64,000 nt of DNA from Patescibacteria group bacterium (GCA_041671645.1 JBAZBD010000001.1:799234-863233); one strand, 5' to 3'; counted from the stretch's first letter, positions 40,399 through 50,965 are shown. Numbers and translations are program-made. The notes: generated from the letters alone by a model not told the origin.

Positions 40399-41822
40399 TA
40401 ATTTTTGGTCGAATTATAATCTTTACCAATATAGATCGCAATTTCGGAGGAAGGATTTGCTGGCGCAGTTTTGCCTGCAGTAACCCCAACCTTGAGGAGA
40501 GAAGAAAGATCGTCGAGCGCTTTCTTCTTGTTTCCATTTGAATAGTCGTAAATAACCGTTTTCTCCATCACTGACTTGGCATTTGAGACTGTCAGCACAT
40601 CAACTTCCCCCGATCGAGCTAACTCTTTGGACAGATTTGTGGCCAGGCCGGGCGTGCCAGAAGCGTTATAAATTTCTATCTTTGCAGTCGTACCCGCCGG
40701 TTCATCAAAAATGTTTTTGATCATGCTATTGATTTTGATGTAATTACCACCCTTCGGCAGAAGGTGATAGGTCCCGTCAGATGAACTCTCCAAATAACCA
40801 TCTTTGCCGGTGTTCAACACCTTGGTGCTCATATTGTTCCTGTCAATTTTTGAAGCTAGCGAAAGAAATTCTTTTAGTTCTGGCAGGGACATATTCGTTT
40901 TCATAGAATCGCCGAGTGTGTTAATTAAATCCAATATCTTCTTGGGGTTAGCCAAGGTACCGCCAGCCGTTGCCTTCTCCTTTACGGCAGTCAAAATTTG
41001 TTGTTGTCTAGCCGCTCGGTCGAAATCGCCTCCGCTAGTCCCATGGCGAGATCTGGCATATTTGAGAGCAGTTTTGCCGTCCAAATGATGCTGCCCGGCT
41101 TTGATATAAAATGGAGCGTATCCCTCCATTTTGTCGTCTGGGAACTCAGGATCGTAGATATCGCTCGCCACTGTGACGTCAATTCCGCCCAATTGATCAA
41201 TTAGCTTTTCGAATCCGCTGAAATCGGTGGATACGTAATAATGAATTGGAATATCAAAAAGTTTTGAAATTACGTCGCTTTCGTAATTGGCGCCAGATGT
41301 AAGCGCCTCACCTCTACACTGGCTAAGCTTCTTTTTGGTGCAATTCTTCGCCAGATAGGAATTATAGCCGATCGAGAGTGCGGAATTTATCTTGGCTTCC
41401 CCACCACTTGGCATTTTGACCCAGAGATCACGAGGAATCGAAATCATAGCGGCTTTGTTGTCAGAAGGTCTAACGCTCAGAATCATAATCGAGTCAGTAA
41501 GCAACCCTCCGTCATGGCCGACTCCGCCTGATCCGAATAGCAGGATGTTGATTCTATTTTCTTTTTGTCCCTTGAGGATATCTTTGCTGCCGTATATGGT
41601 TTTGATCAGGTCTGCTCCGTTGCCAAACCCATTCTCAAAAATTTTTGATCCTGAGGAAATAGCATAAGATATGACCGATATTCCGAGTACAACAATAATT
41701 CCCAATATGATAAAGAAAATTTTCCAGAGCCTTTTCTTCTTTGATTGAGCTACAACTGGTTGGTCTTCGGTCTTTCTGACTTTTCGTCTCAAAAACATTA
41801 AAATATCCGCTATTTGTTTCAC
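40398..41822 (-). CDS. LCP-family (LytR-CpsA-Psr) cell-envelope glycopolymer phosphotransferase
   Basis: N-terminal TM helix, and an LCP core (NILLFGSGGVGHDGGLLTDSIMILSV…ISIPRDLWV…) followed by a LytR_C-like tail. Confidence 0.7.
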   Translation of the reverse strand: MKQIADILMFLRRKVRKTEDQPVVAQSKKKRLWKIFFIILGIIVVLGISVISYAISSGSKIFENGFGNGADLIKTIYGSKDILKGQKENRINILLFGSGGVGHDGGLLTDSIMILSVRPSDNKAAMISIPRDLWVKMPSGGEAKINSALSIGYNSYLAKNCTKKKLSQCRGEALTSGANYESDVISKLFDIPIHYYVSTDFSGFEKLIDQLGGIDVTVASDIYDPEFPDDKMEGYAPFYIKAGQHHLDGKTALKYARSRHGTSGGDFDRAARQQQILTAVKEKATAGGTLANPKKILDLINTLGDSMKTNMSLPELKEFLSLASKIDRNNMSTKVLNTGKDGYLESSSDGTYHLLPKGGNYIKINSMIKNIFDEPAGTTAKIEIYNASGTPGLATNLSKELARSGEVDVLTVSNAKSVMEKTVIYDYSNGNKKKALDDLSSLLKVGVTAGKTAPANPSSEIAIYIGKDYNSTKN

Positions 41823-41854
41823 TAATCAATAGTATCAAAAACGAGGGCGAAGGT

Positions 41855-42217
41855 CTAGCTTTTGGGCTGTGAAATCTTTGGTGCAAAAGCATAGACTGGC
41901 AGAACAGGCTTTTCAAAATTTCTGGTTTGAATGTCAGACATTTGAGCAACAACTGGAATATCCAGACTAAATGCCAAACTATTTGCAACACTAACCCCAA
42001 CTCTTACTCCCGTGTATGGCCCAGGGCCTGGATTAACTACAATTGCTGAGAGATCTGACTTTTTTTTGCCAGCGTCTTTCAAAATACGCTCAATGTTGGA
42101 GAGCAACTCTTCGGTATGATTGTGTACCACTCGCCAATTTAATGAGCCGACTAAACTTTCTCTGTCATAGAGACAAAGTCTGGCTTCCCAATCTGCTGTA
42201 TTTATCTCAAGTATCAT
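41855..42217 (-). CDS. tsaB: tRNA threonylcarbamoyladenosine biosynthesis protein TsaB (short form)
   Basis: MILEINTADWEARLCLYD…IVVNPGPGPYTGVRVGVSVANSLAF matches the YeaZ/TsaB N-terminal domain. Start overlaps the tsaE stop. Taken at MILEI rather than the longer upstream ORF. Confidence 0.65.
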   Translation of the reverse strand: MILEINTADWEARLCLYDRESLVGSLNWRVVHNHTEELLSNIERILKDAGKKKSDLSAIVVNPGPGPYTGVRVGVSVANSLAFSLDIPVVAQMSDIQTRNFEKPVLPVYAFAPKISQPKS

Positions 42218-42636
42218 CGGTATTCTACCTCTCTTGAATTTTCGTCGATGTATTTGAACATAATGGTTTTCGTTCGCTCTTTGGGAATTAACTTGGATAT
42301 TTTCTCTGGCCACTCAATTACACAAATGCTTTTGCCGTCCGCAAAATATTCCTCGAGCCCAATTGAAATTGCATCATCCTCGTTTGCAAGCCGGTAACAA
42401 TCTACATGCACCATTTTACGGTCCGTAGCTTCAATCTCATACTTTTTCATAATAGTGAAGGTCGGGCTTGTGACTGGGTTGGTAATACCCAACGCCTCGG
42501 CAAAAAATTTCGTAAACGTGGTTTTCCCAGATCCGAGATCGCCTTCCAGGGCCAAGATTTGGCCATCGCAAACCTCACCAGCTATGTCAGCGGCGAATTC
42601 AGACATCTCACCCAAATTATTCAGAACTTTTTTCAT
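42214..42636 (-). CDS. tsaE: tRNA threonylcarbamoyladenosine biosynthesis ATPase TsaE
   Basis: P-loop GDLGSGKTTF, plus the TsaE/YjeE-specific motifs (SPTFTI…Y…HVDCYRL). Confidence 0.8.
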   Translation of the reverse strand: MKKVLNNLGEMSEFAADIAGEVCDGQILALEGDLGSGKTTFTKFFAEALGITNPVTSPTFTIMKKYEIEATDRKMVHVDCYRLANEDDAISIGLEEYFADGKSICVIEWPEKISKLIPKERTKTIMFKYIDENSREVEYR

Positions 42637-42681
42637 TTGGTATTCAAATAATCAATGCAAAGAGGATTTCGACAAATATGA

Positions 42682-43422
42682 TTATAACTTAATCTCCTTC
42701 CCCTCTTCCAACTCCCCATTTCTTTTTTTTTCTTCGCCCCTGTTCAAATCACCAAATATTTTTTTGGACTCTTCACTTTCGAAAACGGGACTCTTCATTC
42801 TTTCGGACAAGTTCTTCTTTTTTATCAGAGTCTTGGCCTCTCTTTCAAGATGTTCATACTTTTTATGAGTTCCTGGCTTTTGGTCTGGCAGGTTCTCTAT
42901 GTGATGCTCGTGGAGATTTATAATTCTCTTTGCCACTAAATATGGGTTGGGAATCGACAAGAACTGAAAGTTTTCCCTCTCTCCTGCGGTCTGAATCATC
43001 ACGTCACCGAAATGTAACAGAGTCGGAAAAATTCCATTAATTCGTGCATTCACATCCTGGACCTGATGCAAATGTAATTCTGAGATCTGGCGATGGAAGA
43101 ATCCGGCTTGATCAATATCGACAATCCTTCTGTCAGTGACGATATAAACATCTAGATAGTAGGAAATAAAACCATAAAGCTGAAGGCCTATGGTAAACAA
43201 TAGATAGATACTCAAAAGTAGCATAAGCGAAAGTCTGAGCAGGCCGTCTAGCGATTGGCCGTAGGCAATGAAATAGTAAATCGCGAAAATTGCAGGCACG
43301 ATCATAAACAAACCAATCCCGGCAAACGGGACATAGTTGAACCAGTGTTTCCTGATCAGCAGAAAAACTTTTTCTTCTTTTTCTTGGCTAGGGAATAATT
43401 TGTCTTCGTCTGTTTTGGCCAT
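42682..43422 (-). CDS. Membrane protein with a bacterial PH-like (YdbT/DUF304-type) domain
   Basis: Two TM helices followed by a …YIVTDRRIVDIDQ… pattern typical of bPH_2 domains. Lys/Glu-rich tail. Confidence 0.4.
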   Translation of the reverse strand: MAKTDEDKLFPSQEKEEKVFLLIRKHWFNYVPFAGIGLFMIVPAIFAIYYFIAYGQSLDGLLRLSLMLLLSIYLLFTIGLQLYGFISYYLDVYIVTDRRIVDIDQAGFFHRQISELHLHQVQDVNARINGIFPTLLHFGDVMIQTAGERENFQFLSIPNPYLVAKRIINLHEHHIENLPDQKPGTHKKYEHLEREAKTLIKKKNLSERMKSPVFESEESKKIFGDLNRGEEKKRNGELEEGKEIKL

Positions 43423-43423
43423 T

Positions 43424-43624
43424 TTAGGGTAATTCGACTATTGCGAATATTAATGTTGTCACAATGATAGCGACAGAAACGATAGAATAAATCACTATGG
43501 CAAGCTTGGAAAGGTCACCCGAGTAGCCAAAACGCCAGAGATGATAAATCCCCACGCCGCTGTAGATAACGAAGGCGAGGACAACACAAAGATAGATTAC
43601 GATAACAGCATAATTATAATTCAT
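43424..43624 (-). CDS. Small membrane protein (about 66 aa, 2 TM)
   Basis: Start MNYNYAVIV overlaps the queH stop (ATGA). Two hydrophobic helices. Confidence 0.35.
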   Translation of the reverse strand: MNYNYAVIVIYLCVVLAFVIYSGVGIYHLWRFGYSGDLSKLAIVIYSIVSVAIIVTTLIFAIVELP

Positions 43625-44205
43625 TCTAGGCGTCCTTCCGCTTTTGAATCCTTGCATCCGCAAAAAGTTGGAGACTCCAAATCATGATTTTTGGCATAAT
43701 TTCTTCCCTTCCAGTAACCTTTGCGGAAATCTTGATAATAAAACGTCAAACCATAGTCGAGAGCCCTCTCGTTGCAAATCTCGACAATTTCGTCGTGGTC
43801 TTTGTACGGAGAACAAAGTAAGGTGGTAGTAAAATAATTAATCTTCAGCTGTTTGGCCTGTTCAACTGTCTGCTGTATTAGAAGAGAGTTGCAAAAGCGA
43901 CAGCGGCGTCGGCGGTATCGATCAATCTCAGTAATATATTTGATTGAACTCTTGTCCTTGTACGGGGCTATGATATCGAGGAGGTCATCTGGATGATGCT
44001 CTGGCAGAATAAGCTGAATGTCATTCTCCTGGCAATAATTTTCGATATTTTCTCGCCTTTTCTGGTATTCCTCGTGCCCATCGATTTCGGGATTGTAAAA
44101 GAAGGCTACAGGCACAAATCCGGCCTTTTGGAGCTCAGCAAAAACATAGCTGGCGCACGAGGCGCAACAGGTATGAACAAGAATTTTCCGAATTTTGCTG
44201 GTCAT
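43621..44205 (-). CDS. queH: Epoxyqueuosine reductase QueH (DUF208)
   Basis: LVHTCCASCASYV and C-terminal CRFC…CGCK cysteine clusters, characteristic of QueH. Confidence 0.65.
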   Translation of the reverse strand: MTSKIRKILVHTCCASCASYVFAELQKAGFVPVAFFYNPEIDGHEEYQKRRENIENYCQENDIQLILPEHHPDDLLDIIAPYKDKSSIKYITEIDRYRRRRCRFCNSLLIQQTVEQAKQLKINYFTTTLLCSPYKDHDEIVEICNERALDYGLTFYYQDFRKGYWKGRNYAKNHDLESPTFCGCKDSKAEGRLE

Positions 44206-44207
44206 CT

Positions 44208-45257
44208 TTAGAAAAGACTATTCTTCTGGCTATTCTTTATTTTTAAATGGTCGAATGCCAGTGGTGTCACGATTCTACCACGATTTGTCCGATTTATGAA
44301 GCCTAGCTGTAACAAATATGGCTCGATCACATCCTCAATCGTATCCTTGTCCTCCGAAAGTGCGGCCGCAATTGTTTCAAGCCCCACTGGTCCGCCGCCG
44401 AATTTTTCGATAATGCAGTTGAGATATTCTCTATCATTTCGGTCGAGACCGATTTCATCAATATTGAGCTTGGAGATCGCTTCGCGAGCAATCGGCTGGT
44501 CGATCTTGCCATGATGTTTCACCTCCGCGTAGTCCCTGACCCGCTTCAAGATACGGTTGGCAATTCGAGGAGTGCGACGCGATCTCTTGGCAATCTCACC
44601 CTTGCCCTCATTGTCGATAGAAACATTTAGTAAATCAGCTGAGCGATTGATGATTTCAGAAAGTTCAGGATCAGAGTAAAATTCCAGCCGATGAACCAAA
44701 CCAAACCGATCACGCAAAGGAGACGAAAGAGAGCCAAATTTGGTGGTGGCGCCGATAAAGGTAAATGGTTCGAGATTGATTCTCATGCTACGGGCCGACG
44801 GGCCCTTGCCAACAACCAAATCAACGACATAATCTTCCATCGAAGAGTATAATACCTCTTCGAGATTGCGATTCAGTCGATGAATTTCATCAATAAATAG
44901 GACGTCGCCCTTCTGAAGATTGGTTAAAATTGCCACTAAGTCGCCCGCTCGCTGAATAGCGGGGCCAGAAGTAACCTTGATCCCGACACCAAGCTCATTG
45001 GCGATAATGTGGGCCAAGGTTGTCTTGCCAAGTCCTGGAGGGCCGTAGAGTAAAATATGTTCGATTGAATCGCCCCTTCTTCGCGCTGCTTCAATCACGA
45101 TTGCCAGATTGCTCTTGATCTCATCTTGGCCGACATAATCTTTCAGCGCTCTCGGGCGTAGGGAGCTATCGAACCTTTCGTCCTCAGAAGAAGCCTCTTC
45201 GCCGGAGACGAGGGTAGAAATATCAGTTTCTAAATTTTGTTCTAGATCTCTATCCAT
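44208..45257 (-). CDS. ruvB: Holliday junction branch-migration helicase RuvB
   Basis: AAA+ Walker [10 protein letters not shown], RuvB N- and C-terminal domains. 349 aa. Confidence 0.9.
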   Translation of the reverse strand: MDRDLEQNLETDISTLVSGEEASSEDERFDSSLRPRALKDYVGQDEIKSNLAIVIEAARRRGDSIEHILLYGPPGLGKTTLAHIIANELGVGIKVTSGPAIQRAGDLVAILTNLQKGDVLFIDEIHRLNRNLEEVLYSSMEDYVVDLVVGKGPSARSMRINLEPFTFIGATTKFGSLSSPLRDRFGLVHRLEFYSDPELSEIINRSADLLNVSIDNEGKGEIAKRSRRTPRIANRILKRVRDYAEVKHHGKIDQPIAREAISKLNIDEIGLDRNDREYLNCIIEKFGGGPVGLETIAAALSEDKDTIEDVIEPYLLQLGFINRTNRGRIVTPLAFDHLKIKNSQKNSLF

Positions 45258-45330
45258 GAGGCCATTATAACAAAAAGAGAGCTCAATACTAGCTCCCTGC
45301 TCCTATTTGATCTCCATCCGTAAATAAAGC

Positions 45331-45897
45331 CTAGCTTTTCGCTAGTTTTTTGAGACACCAGCGAATTTTCTCCTCCGTGGTAATAATTTCGGCTGGAATT
45401 TTGTTGATGAAAGATGCAATCTCGTTTTTCTTGTAGCCGAGAGACTCTAATGCATCGAAAAGGTCGTTGTTTTCTCCGCCAGCGAGGACATTGATATTCT
45501 GATCTCCCGACAACTTCGACTTCAATTCAAGGATTATTTTGGCCGCCACTTTCTTGCCGATTCCTGGAACGGCTGTAAAGAAATTTAAGTCGTCAGAAAT
45601 GATAGCACGAATTATCTTGTCCGACTTGCCTGATGACATAATATTCAATCCAGCCTTCGGTCCAACCCCCGATACAGTGATCAATTTCTCGAACATATTT
45701 AGCTCGTCGAATGACTGGAAGCCGTAAAGATCATCTAGATCTTCGCGAATATGTTGGTGGATGAATAATTCCGTTGACTCGCCGTTGGCCAAGACGGTAG
45801 CTGAGTCGACATTGACGCCATAACCAACCCCGCCAGTTTCTAGAATAATGAAACCGGTCCGGCTGACCACAACTTTTCCTTTCAAATATGAAATCAT
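45331..45897 (-). CDS. ruvA: Holliday junction DNA helicase RuvA
   Basis: MISYLKGKV… OB-fold, and the HhH motifs (LITVSGVGPKAGL…; FTAVPGIGKKVAAKII). Confidence 0.85.
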   Translation of the reverse strand: MISYLKGKVVVSRTGFIILETGGVGYGVNVDSATVLANGESTELFIHQHIREDLDDLYGFQSFDELNMFEKLITVSGVGPKAGLNIMSSGKSDKIIRAIISDDLNFFTAVPGIGKKVAAKIILELKSKLSGDQNINVLAGGENNDLFDALESLGYKKNEIASFINKIPAEIITTEEKIRWCLKKLAKS

Positions 45898-47018
45898 TTT
45901 CGCAACAGCTCGATAAACAACCGTTCATAGCTATCAACCATTTTCTCGATATCAAATTTTTCTCGGGCATGATTATGAGAAGCGACGGCCATTCCTTCGT
46001 ACTCAGCGTCGCCAAGAGAATCAATTTTGCGAATCGCTTGCTCGAGACCGCCAACACCAGTCTTGGCTATCACCCTTCCTCGATCAACTTTCCCCTCTGC
46101 CGGATCAATTAAATATCCGGTTTTCCCGTCGATGATGAGTTCGGGCGCTGAGCCGTTCGCATATACAATCGCTGGCTTTCCAGCCGCCATACTTTCCGCC
46201 ATCACTAGACCGAACGCTTCTTCCACTTGCATCGGATTTACCAACGCGATACTTCCAGCCAACAATTCGCTCTTCTCCGCATCATTCACTTCGCCCACAT
46301 AAAAAATCTGCTGATTATCAATTTGCGGCTTTATTCTTTCCTCAAAATATAATTTGTCCTCGAGACGAGGATAGCCCCCTGCGATTTTCAATTGAACGCC
46401 TGCCTTCTTGGCTGCTTCAATCGCAAGATGGACACCTTTCTCCTCGGTGATACGGCCCAGAAAAACGAAATAATTACCTTTTTCAGTTGTGAACTTTATT
46501 TTTGAGAGGTCTATCCCATTGTAAACGAAATTGTGGTATTCAATGGAGTCGAATATTTCTTGTTGGTGTTTGCTAACCGTAACCAAAGAGACATTCTTCA
46601 TTTTGCTTATTTCAGTATATATCCTAGCACGGTAAGGTGGGGAACCAACAGGAGCATGGATGGTTGAGACGATTGGTTTATTTATCAGACTTGCGTGCAT
46701 GAGAAAACGCCACCCTATGTTGTCGTGGATAACATCAAAATCTTCTTGAAGCCGGACTATCTCATCTAACGCCTTATTCTTGTAATGCTCATTCAGGGCC
46801 TCAAACCCAGAGGAGCACAGTTCGGCGTCTTCTCGAATACTCTTTTCGATAACGGGTACAAGTTTGGCGCTGGTTTCTGAATTAGAAGATGCGAAAAGTG
46901 TGACGTTATGACCGCGCTTGACTAGGCCCTCGGCCAACCAAAAAGCTATTCTATTGACCCCGCCACTCTTCGAAGGAGGAACCGGATCCAATAATTCGGC
47001 CAATATCGCAATTTTCAT
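45894..47018 (-). CDS. GT4-family glycosyltransferase (GT-B fold, retaining)
   Basis: N-terminal …GGVNRIAFWLAEGLVKRGHNVT… and C-terminal E-x7-E-type motif (EAFGLVMAESMAAGKP). Confidence 0.7.
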   Translation of the reverse strand: MKIAILAELLDPVPPSKSGGVNRIAFWLAEGLVKRGHNVTLFASSNSETSAKLVPVIEKSIREDAELCSSGFEALNEHYKNKALDEIVRLQEDFDVIHDNIGWRFLMHASLINKPIVSTIHAPVGSPPYRARIYTEISKMKNVSLVTVSKHQQEIFDSIEYHNFVYNGIDLSKIKFTTEKGNYFVFLGRITEEKGVHLAIEAAKKAGVQLKIAGGYPRLEDKLYFEERIKPQIDNQQIFYVGEVNDAEKSELLAGSIALVNPMQVEEAFGLVMAESMAAGKPAIVYANGSAPELIIDGKTGYLIDPAEGKVDRGRVIAKTGVGGLEQAIRKIDSLGDAEYEGMAVASHNHAREKFDIEKMVDSYERLFIELLRK

Positions 47019-47020
47019 TT

Positions 47021-48196
47021 TTAATTCGCAATTAATGATTTGTAGAGTTTCTCAATTTTCTTCGAAATTTCTGGCCATTGGAATTTTTCGACTGCCCGCT
47101 TGTGGCCAGCTTCGCCCAATTTTAATCTCAATTTTTCATCCGAGAGCAGACGAATAGCATATTTGGCGAAGCCGTGGATGCTATTGTAACCACTAACTAG
47201 ATACCCGTGTTCACCGTGTTGGAGCACGTATGGTACTCCCCCACATTTAGTGGCTACTACTGGGACCTTAGAATACATCGCCTCGGCCAATACGATACCG
47301 AAGGCTTCATAGATGGTTGGTGAGATCAACACTTGTGACATCCTATAGAAAGCAACTTTTTCTCGGACATTGGAAATATAGCCACAAGCAGTCACCCTCT
47401 TCTCAAGTCCGTATGAGCTTATCATCTCTTTCAGTTCAGGCGAGGTGTCTGTGTAGGCCCCAATAATTAACAGATGCGCGTCAGGGATCTTTTTGGCGAT
47501 CAGATCAAAAGCTTTGATCGATCTGTCCAAGCCCTTCCGAAGATCAGTCATCGATCCGAAAACCAGGACATATTTCTTGTTTTCAGGGATTTTGAATTTC
47601 TTCCTTACGTCTCTTCTCGGTTCCGATTCACTCACGATATTAATATCGATGCCATTTGGGATTATTCGGAGTCGATCGATATTGATCTCTGGATATTTCC
47701 GCTTCAGCAACGCCTTCTCGTAGTCGGAGACACAGATGGTAGCAGAGGAATTTCTGATGACTGGAACGGTCAGCATCCGCTCAAAATATTTTCGAATATT
47801 TTTGACTTTCTCGGTATCAAAAACGTTCCAAGGATGATAATGAGGCGTGAAAACATATGGCTTCTTCTTGCATTTGGCCGCAATGGCGCCGACCTGGGAG
47901 GATTGGCAAAGTGTGCCATGAACATGGAGCACATCAAAGTCATGCTCTAACAAATAGGATAATAGAGTTGGAAAAACGACTTGATTGGCCGGCTCATCGA
48001 GTGGATAGGCTGGCAACACTACAATTTTGACCCCTTCAAGCTTGAGCGACTTCTTGAAGCTGGCCAATTCTCCGATATCACTAGTAATGATCGTGACGCT
48101 GTGGCCCAACTTGACCAAGTTTTTTGAAATATTAAAGACGTGACGCTCCTGGCCACCACCGTAATAAAATCTTTGACAAATTTGAATAATTTTCAT
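47021..48196 (-). CDS. GT4-family glycosyltransferase
   Basis: …GGGQERHVFNISKNLVKLGHSVT… and EAFGIVLAEAMYSKVPVVA. Confidence 0.7.
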   Translation of the reverse strand: MKIIQICQRFYYGGGQERHVFNISKNLVKLGHSVTIITSDIGELASFKKSLKLEGVKIVVLPAYPLDEPANQVVFPTLLSYLLEHDFDVLHVHGTLCQSSQVGAIAAKCKKKPYVFTPHYHPWNVFDTEKVKNIRKYFERMLTVPVIRNSSATICVSDYEKALLKRKYPEINIDRLRIIPNGIDINIVSESEPRRDVRKKFKIPENKKYVLVFGSMTDLRKGLDRSIKAFDLIAKKIPDAHLLIIGAYTDTSPELKEMISSYGLEKRVTACGYISNVREKVAFYRMSQVLISPTIYEAFGIVLAEAMYSKVPVVATKCGGVPYVLQHGEHGYLVSGYNSIHGFAKYAIRLLSDEKLRLKLGEAGHKRAVEKFQWPEISKKIEKLYKSLIAN

Positions 48197-48213
48197 GTTT
48201 GCTTCCCTGACTC

Positions 48214-49290
48214 CTATTTATTCTCAGTTGATGTAGTATTATTTCTAATCTTGTTAATTTCTCTCGCTCTTCTTAATACTTCTGCGGCGTAGGCGACGCT
48301 GTGCGGACCCTTACGACCCTTTTTCTCGACATAAAACAACGCATGTTCTCCTTGATTTGTCGGCACGTATTTAAAGCTACCCGCTCCAGTTACATCTTCT
48401 TTATTGACAATATCGTCTATGGCCTCATCAAGTTCTGGCTTTGACCCACCAACTTTTACTTTAGCAACTTTATCGATACTATTTTCGAACATCGGAATAT
48501 CATTTCCACTATCACCCGCTACGATCCCAGAGTCAATATCTAATTCTTCAACTAAGTAATTGATCGCGTCCGCTTTATCAAGTGCCAATAGATCCACATA
48601 GTAGAGGCTTTTGCCCCCGTCTAATTTCTGGATTTGACAAACTGAGACCCTGAATTTTGGAAATAATTCCGTGAATCTATCACGGACACTCTGCATCTTC
48701 TGAATATTACCTTCGAACTGAAGGCTAACTTTGAACTCTTGGTTCTCTAGATATGGTGCTCCGTCCAGGAACGCTTGTTCTTCGGCTGGCCACTGGAATT
48801 GTAATTTTAATTCTTGGTCGGAAGCTGACTCACCATCAATTTCTTCTTTGGCAGTCTCTACCACTTCCTTGCGGTTGAATCCTGTTGCCAACACGCGTTC
48901 TCGATATTTTGAATCCGGGACATAAAACAATTTATCTCCCTCTCGCTTTAATACCCAGATCTGTGAACCCACCGAACTACAAATCGCTTGGAAATAGGGC
49001 AGTTCTCCTTTGGCGATTCTTTCCCCCACTACCTGAATTTGATTTCCTGTATCAGCAATAATTGGGTAGTTCTCTCTCTTGGCCCCGTCAAACAGTATTT
49101 TGGTTGTTTCTGGTTCGCTCGGGAGAAAAGCTGTGTCATCAATATCGGTAAAAACCGCCACGGATTCTCCGTTGCTTTTCCTCTGGGCGTCTAGCATCGC
49201 GACCAATTCAGAATCAGTATAAGCTGACGGCGCTTCCTCGGCTGGGCTTTCTAGATCGATGCCATAGTTTACTTCGCCACGGTCTATCAT
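48214..49290 (-). CDS. HAD-superfamily IIB sugar-phosphate phosphatase (sucrose-6-P / mannosyl-3-PG phosphatase-like)
   Basis: Motif I FTDIDDT and motif IV GDSGNDIPMF, with a cap domain. 358 aa. Confidence 0.6.
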   Translation of the reverse strand: MIDRGEVNYGIDLESPAEEAPSAYTDSELVAMLDAQRKSNGESVAVFTDIDDTAFLPSEPETTKILFDGAKRENYPIIADTGNQIQVVGERIAKGELPYFQAICSSVGSQIWVLKREGDKLFYVPDSKYRERVLATGFNRKEVVETAKEEIDGESASDQELKLQFQWPAEEQAFLDGAPYLENQEFKVSLQFEGNIQKMQSVRDRFTELFPKFRVSVCQIQKLDGGKSLYYVDLLALDKADAINYLVEELDIDSGIVAGDSGNDIPMFENSIDKVAKVKVGGSKPELDEAIDDIVNKEDVTGAGSFKYVPTNQGEHALFYVEKKGRKGPHSVAYAAEVLRRAREINKIRNNTTSTENK

Positions 49291-50279
49291 TTATCTTTCC
49301 CTTTTAAGTAGTGTGAGGCCTCTTCTGGCGGCATAGTATTGATGATGATTTCGCTACCCAATTCAAATCCTCCGTAGCGTGAAACCCTGGGCGCAATTTC
49401 CATGTGCCAGTGATATGAAGCTGAGTCATCAAATATGGTCGGTAGTGTATGAATATAGAAGTTTAGAGGTGGATTGTCAAGAGTTTTGTCGATCATTTGG
49501 AGCACCTTGTGGGCCGCTTCGGAGAATTCTTTCATGCTAACTTTCGAAGTCATCTCAAATTGGCTCTCATGACTCTTCGGCATTATCCAAGTTTCAAATG
49601 GAAATCGGGAGGCATAAAAGTTGAAGGCAATAAATCGGTCATTTTCATAAACAATTCTCATCTTCTCTTTCTTCTCGTGCCGAATCATGTCGCAATAGAC
49701 ACAGGTACCATTGATACCAAAATATGTATCAGAGCCGTTCAACTCTCGGCCGACCATGTTAGAGACAACTCCTGAGGCAAAAATCTGGGCATGAGGGTGA
49801 TCTATCGAAGCACCTGCCTCAGCTCCATGATTGTAAATTGGCACAATCGAAGAAATCTTCTCGTGATCCTTCATCCAGATATAACGGTCGCGGATAACTT
49901 CGAACAATTCGTCCAGTATAGCCTGCGGCATCTTGAACAGGGTCATCTCGTGCTCTTTGACGATGACGACTTCATGGTCGCCTACCGAAGCCCGAGCGCG
50001 ATAAAATCCTTCCTCGGGATAGAAGCTTCGAACGCTCTTGTGCGATTCGTCCTCAAGGAAAGCCGGAAAACGATTCTCTACAACATAGACGTGAGGAGTC
50101 TGGCATTTTCGTACTTTTTCGTTTTGTTTGTAGCCCTCGGAATCGACGCAAAAAGGACAATTCGTCTTGTCGGCTACCTTAACACTTTTGGGGATAATAA
50201 AATCACGAGGCCGTTTGGCACGCTCCGGCGCTACAACAACCCAGTCACCGGTGATAATATTTTGACGTAATTCAGGCAT
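49287..50279 (-). CDS. GalT-family (HIT-like) hexose-1-phosphate nucleotidyltransferase (UDP-/ADP-glucose:hexose-1-P uridylyl/adenylyltransferase-like)
   Basis: GDWVVVAPERAKRP N-terminus, Zn-site CPFC, active site HPHAQI (HxHxQ). Confidence 0.7.
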   Translation of the reverse strand: MPELRQNIITGDWVVVAPERAKRPRDFIIPKSVKVADKTNCPFCVDSEGYKQNEKVRKCQTPHVYVVENRFPAFLEDESHKSVRSFYPEEGFYRARASVGDHEVVIVKEHEMTLFKMPQAILDELFEVIRDRYIWMKDHEKISSIVPIYNHGAEAGASIDHPHAQIFASGVVSNMVGRELNGSDTYFGINGTCVYCDMIRHEKKEKMRIVYENDRFIAFNFYASRFPFETWIMPKSHESQFEMTSKVSMKEFSEAAHKVLQMIDKTLDNPPLNFYIHTLPTIFDDSASYHWHMEIAPRVSRYGGFELGSEIIINTMPPEEASHYLKGKDK

Positions 50280-50377
50280 GATTCCCTCCGGTCAAATGTT
50301 CAATGATCAAGTGTCAATTTTCAACTAATTTTGAAATTAAAAAAATGAAATGATCATTGATAACTGATACTTGATAA

Positions 50378-50899
50378 TTAATCGGCCTTTAGCCGATTGT
50401 TGGTTTGTGCGTGTGTAATCGCAACTGCCAGGGCGTCTGCCGCATCATCTGGCTTGGGGCAATCTTTCAGATCGCAGACGACCCGCACCATCTCCTGCAT
50501 CTGCTTCTTGTCCGCCCTGCCATACCCAGTCAGGGCTTGCTTGACCTGGAGAGGCGTATACTCGAAAACTGGCAGACCATATTTCAATCCGGTCACGACT
50601 GCCACGCCTCGCGCCTCTGCCACCGATATGACCGTAGTCGCGTTCTTGAAAAAGAACAGCTCCTCCACAGCCATTTCGTCTGGTCGGTTCTTTTCAATTA
50701 TATCACAAAGAGAGGTGTAAATATGAAGTAACCGCTTCATTTTGTCGGTCTTGGGCGGGGTAATAACACAGCCATATTTGAGCGGTTTGATCTTGTCGCC
50801 GCTCTTCTCGATCAGCCCCCAGCCAAGAATTCCGGTGCCAGGATCAATTCCTAGAATCCTGACGGATTTAGTTTTCAGTTTACAGTTTACAGTTTCCAT
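50378..50899 (-). CDS. ruvC: Crossover junction endodeoxyribonuclease RuvC
   Basis: ILGIDPGTGILGWG…, catalytic E (AVEELFF) and the D/H region. A terminator hairpin ATCGGCCTTTAGCCGAT overlaps the stop. Confidence 0.85.
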   Translation of the reverse strand: METVNCKLKTKSVRILGIDPGTGILGWGLIEKSGDKIKPLKYGCVITPPKTDKMKRLLHIYTSLCDIIEKNRPDEMAVEELFFFKNATTVISVAEARGVAVVTGLKYGLPVFEYTPLQVKQALTGYGRADKKQMQEMVRVVCDLKDCPKPDDAADALAVAITHAQTNNRLKAD

Positions 50900-50965
50900 T
50901 TATTTTTTGTAATTAAAAATTATTAATTGATAACTAATTGAAAACTGCTAACTGACAATTGCTAA

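Noticed and set aside
49791-50270. 159-aa plus-strand ORF (also 47474..47950, 159 aa)
   Set aside because: These are antisense to the galT-like and GT4 genes, which carry clear catalytic motifs.
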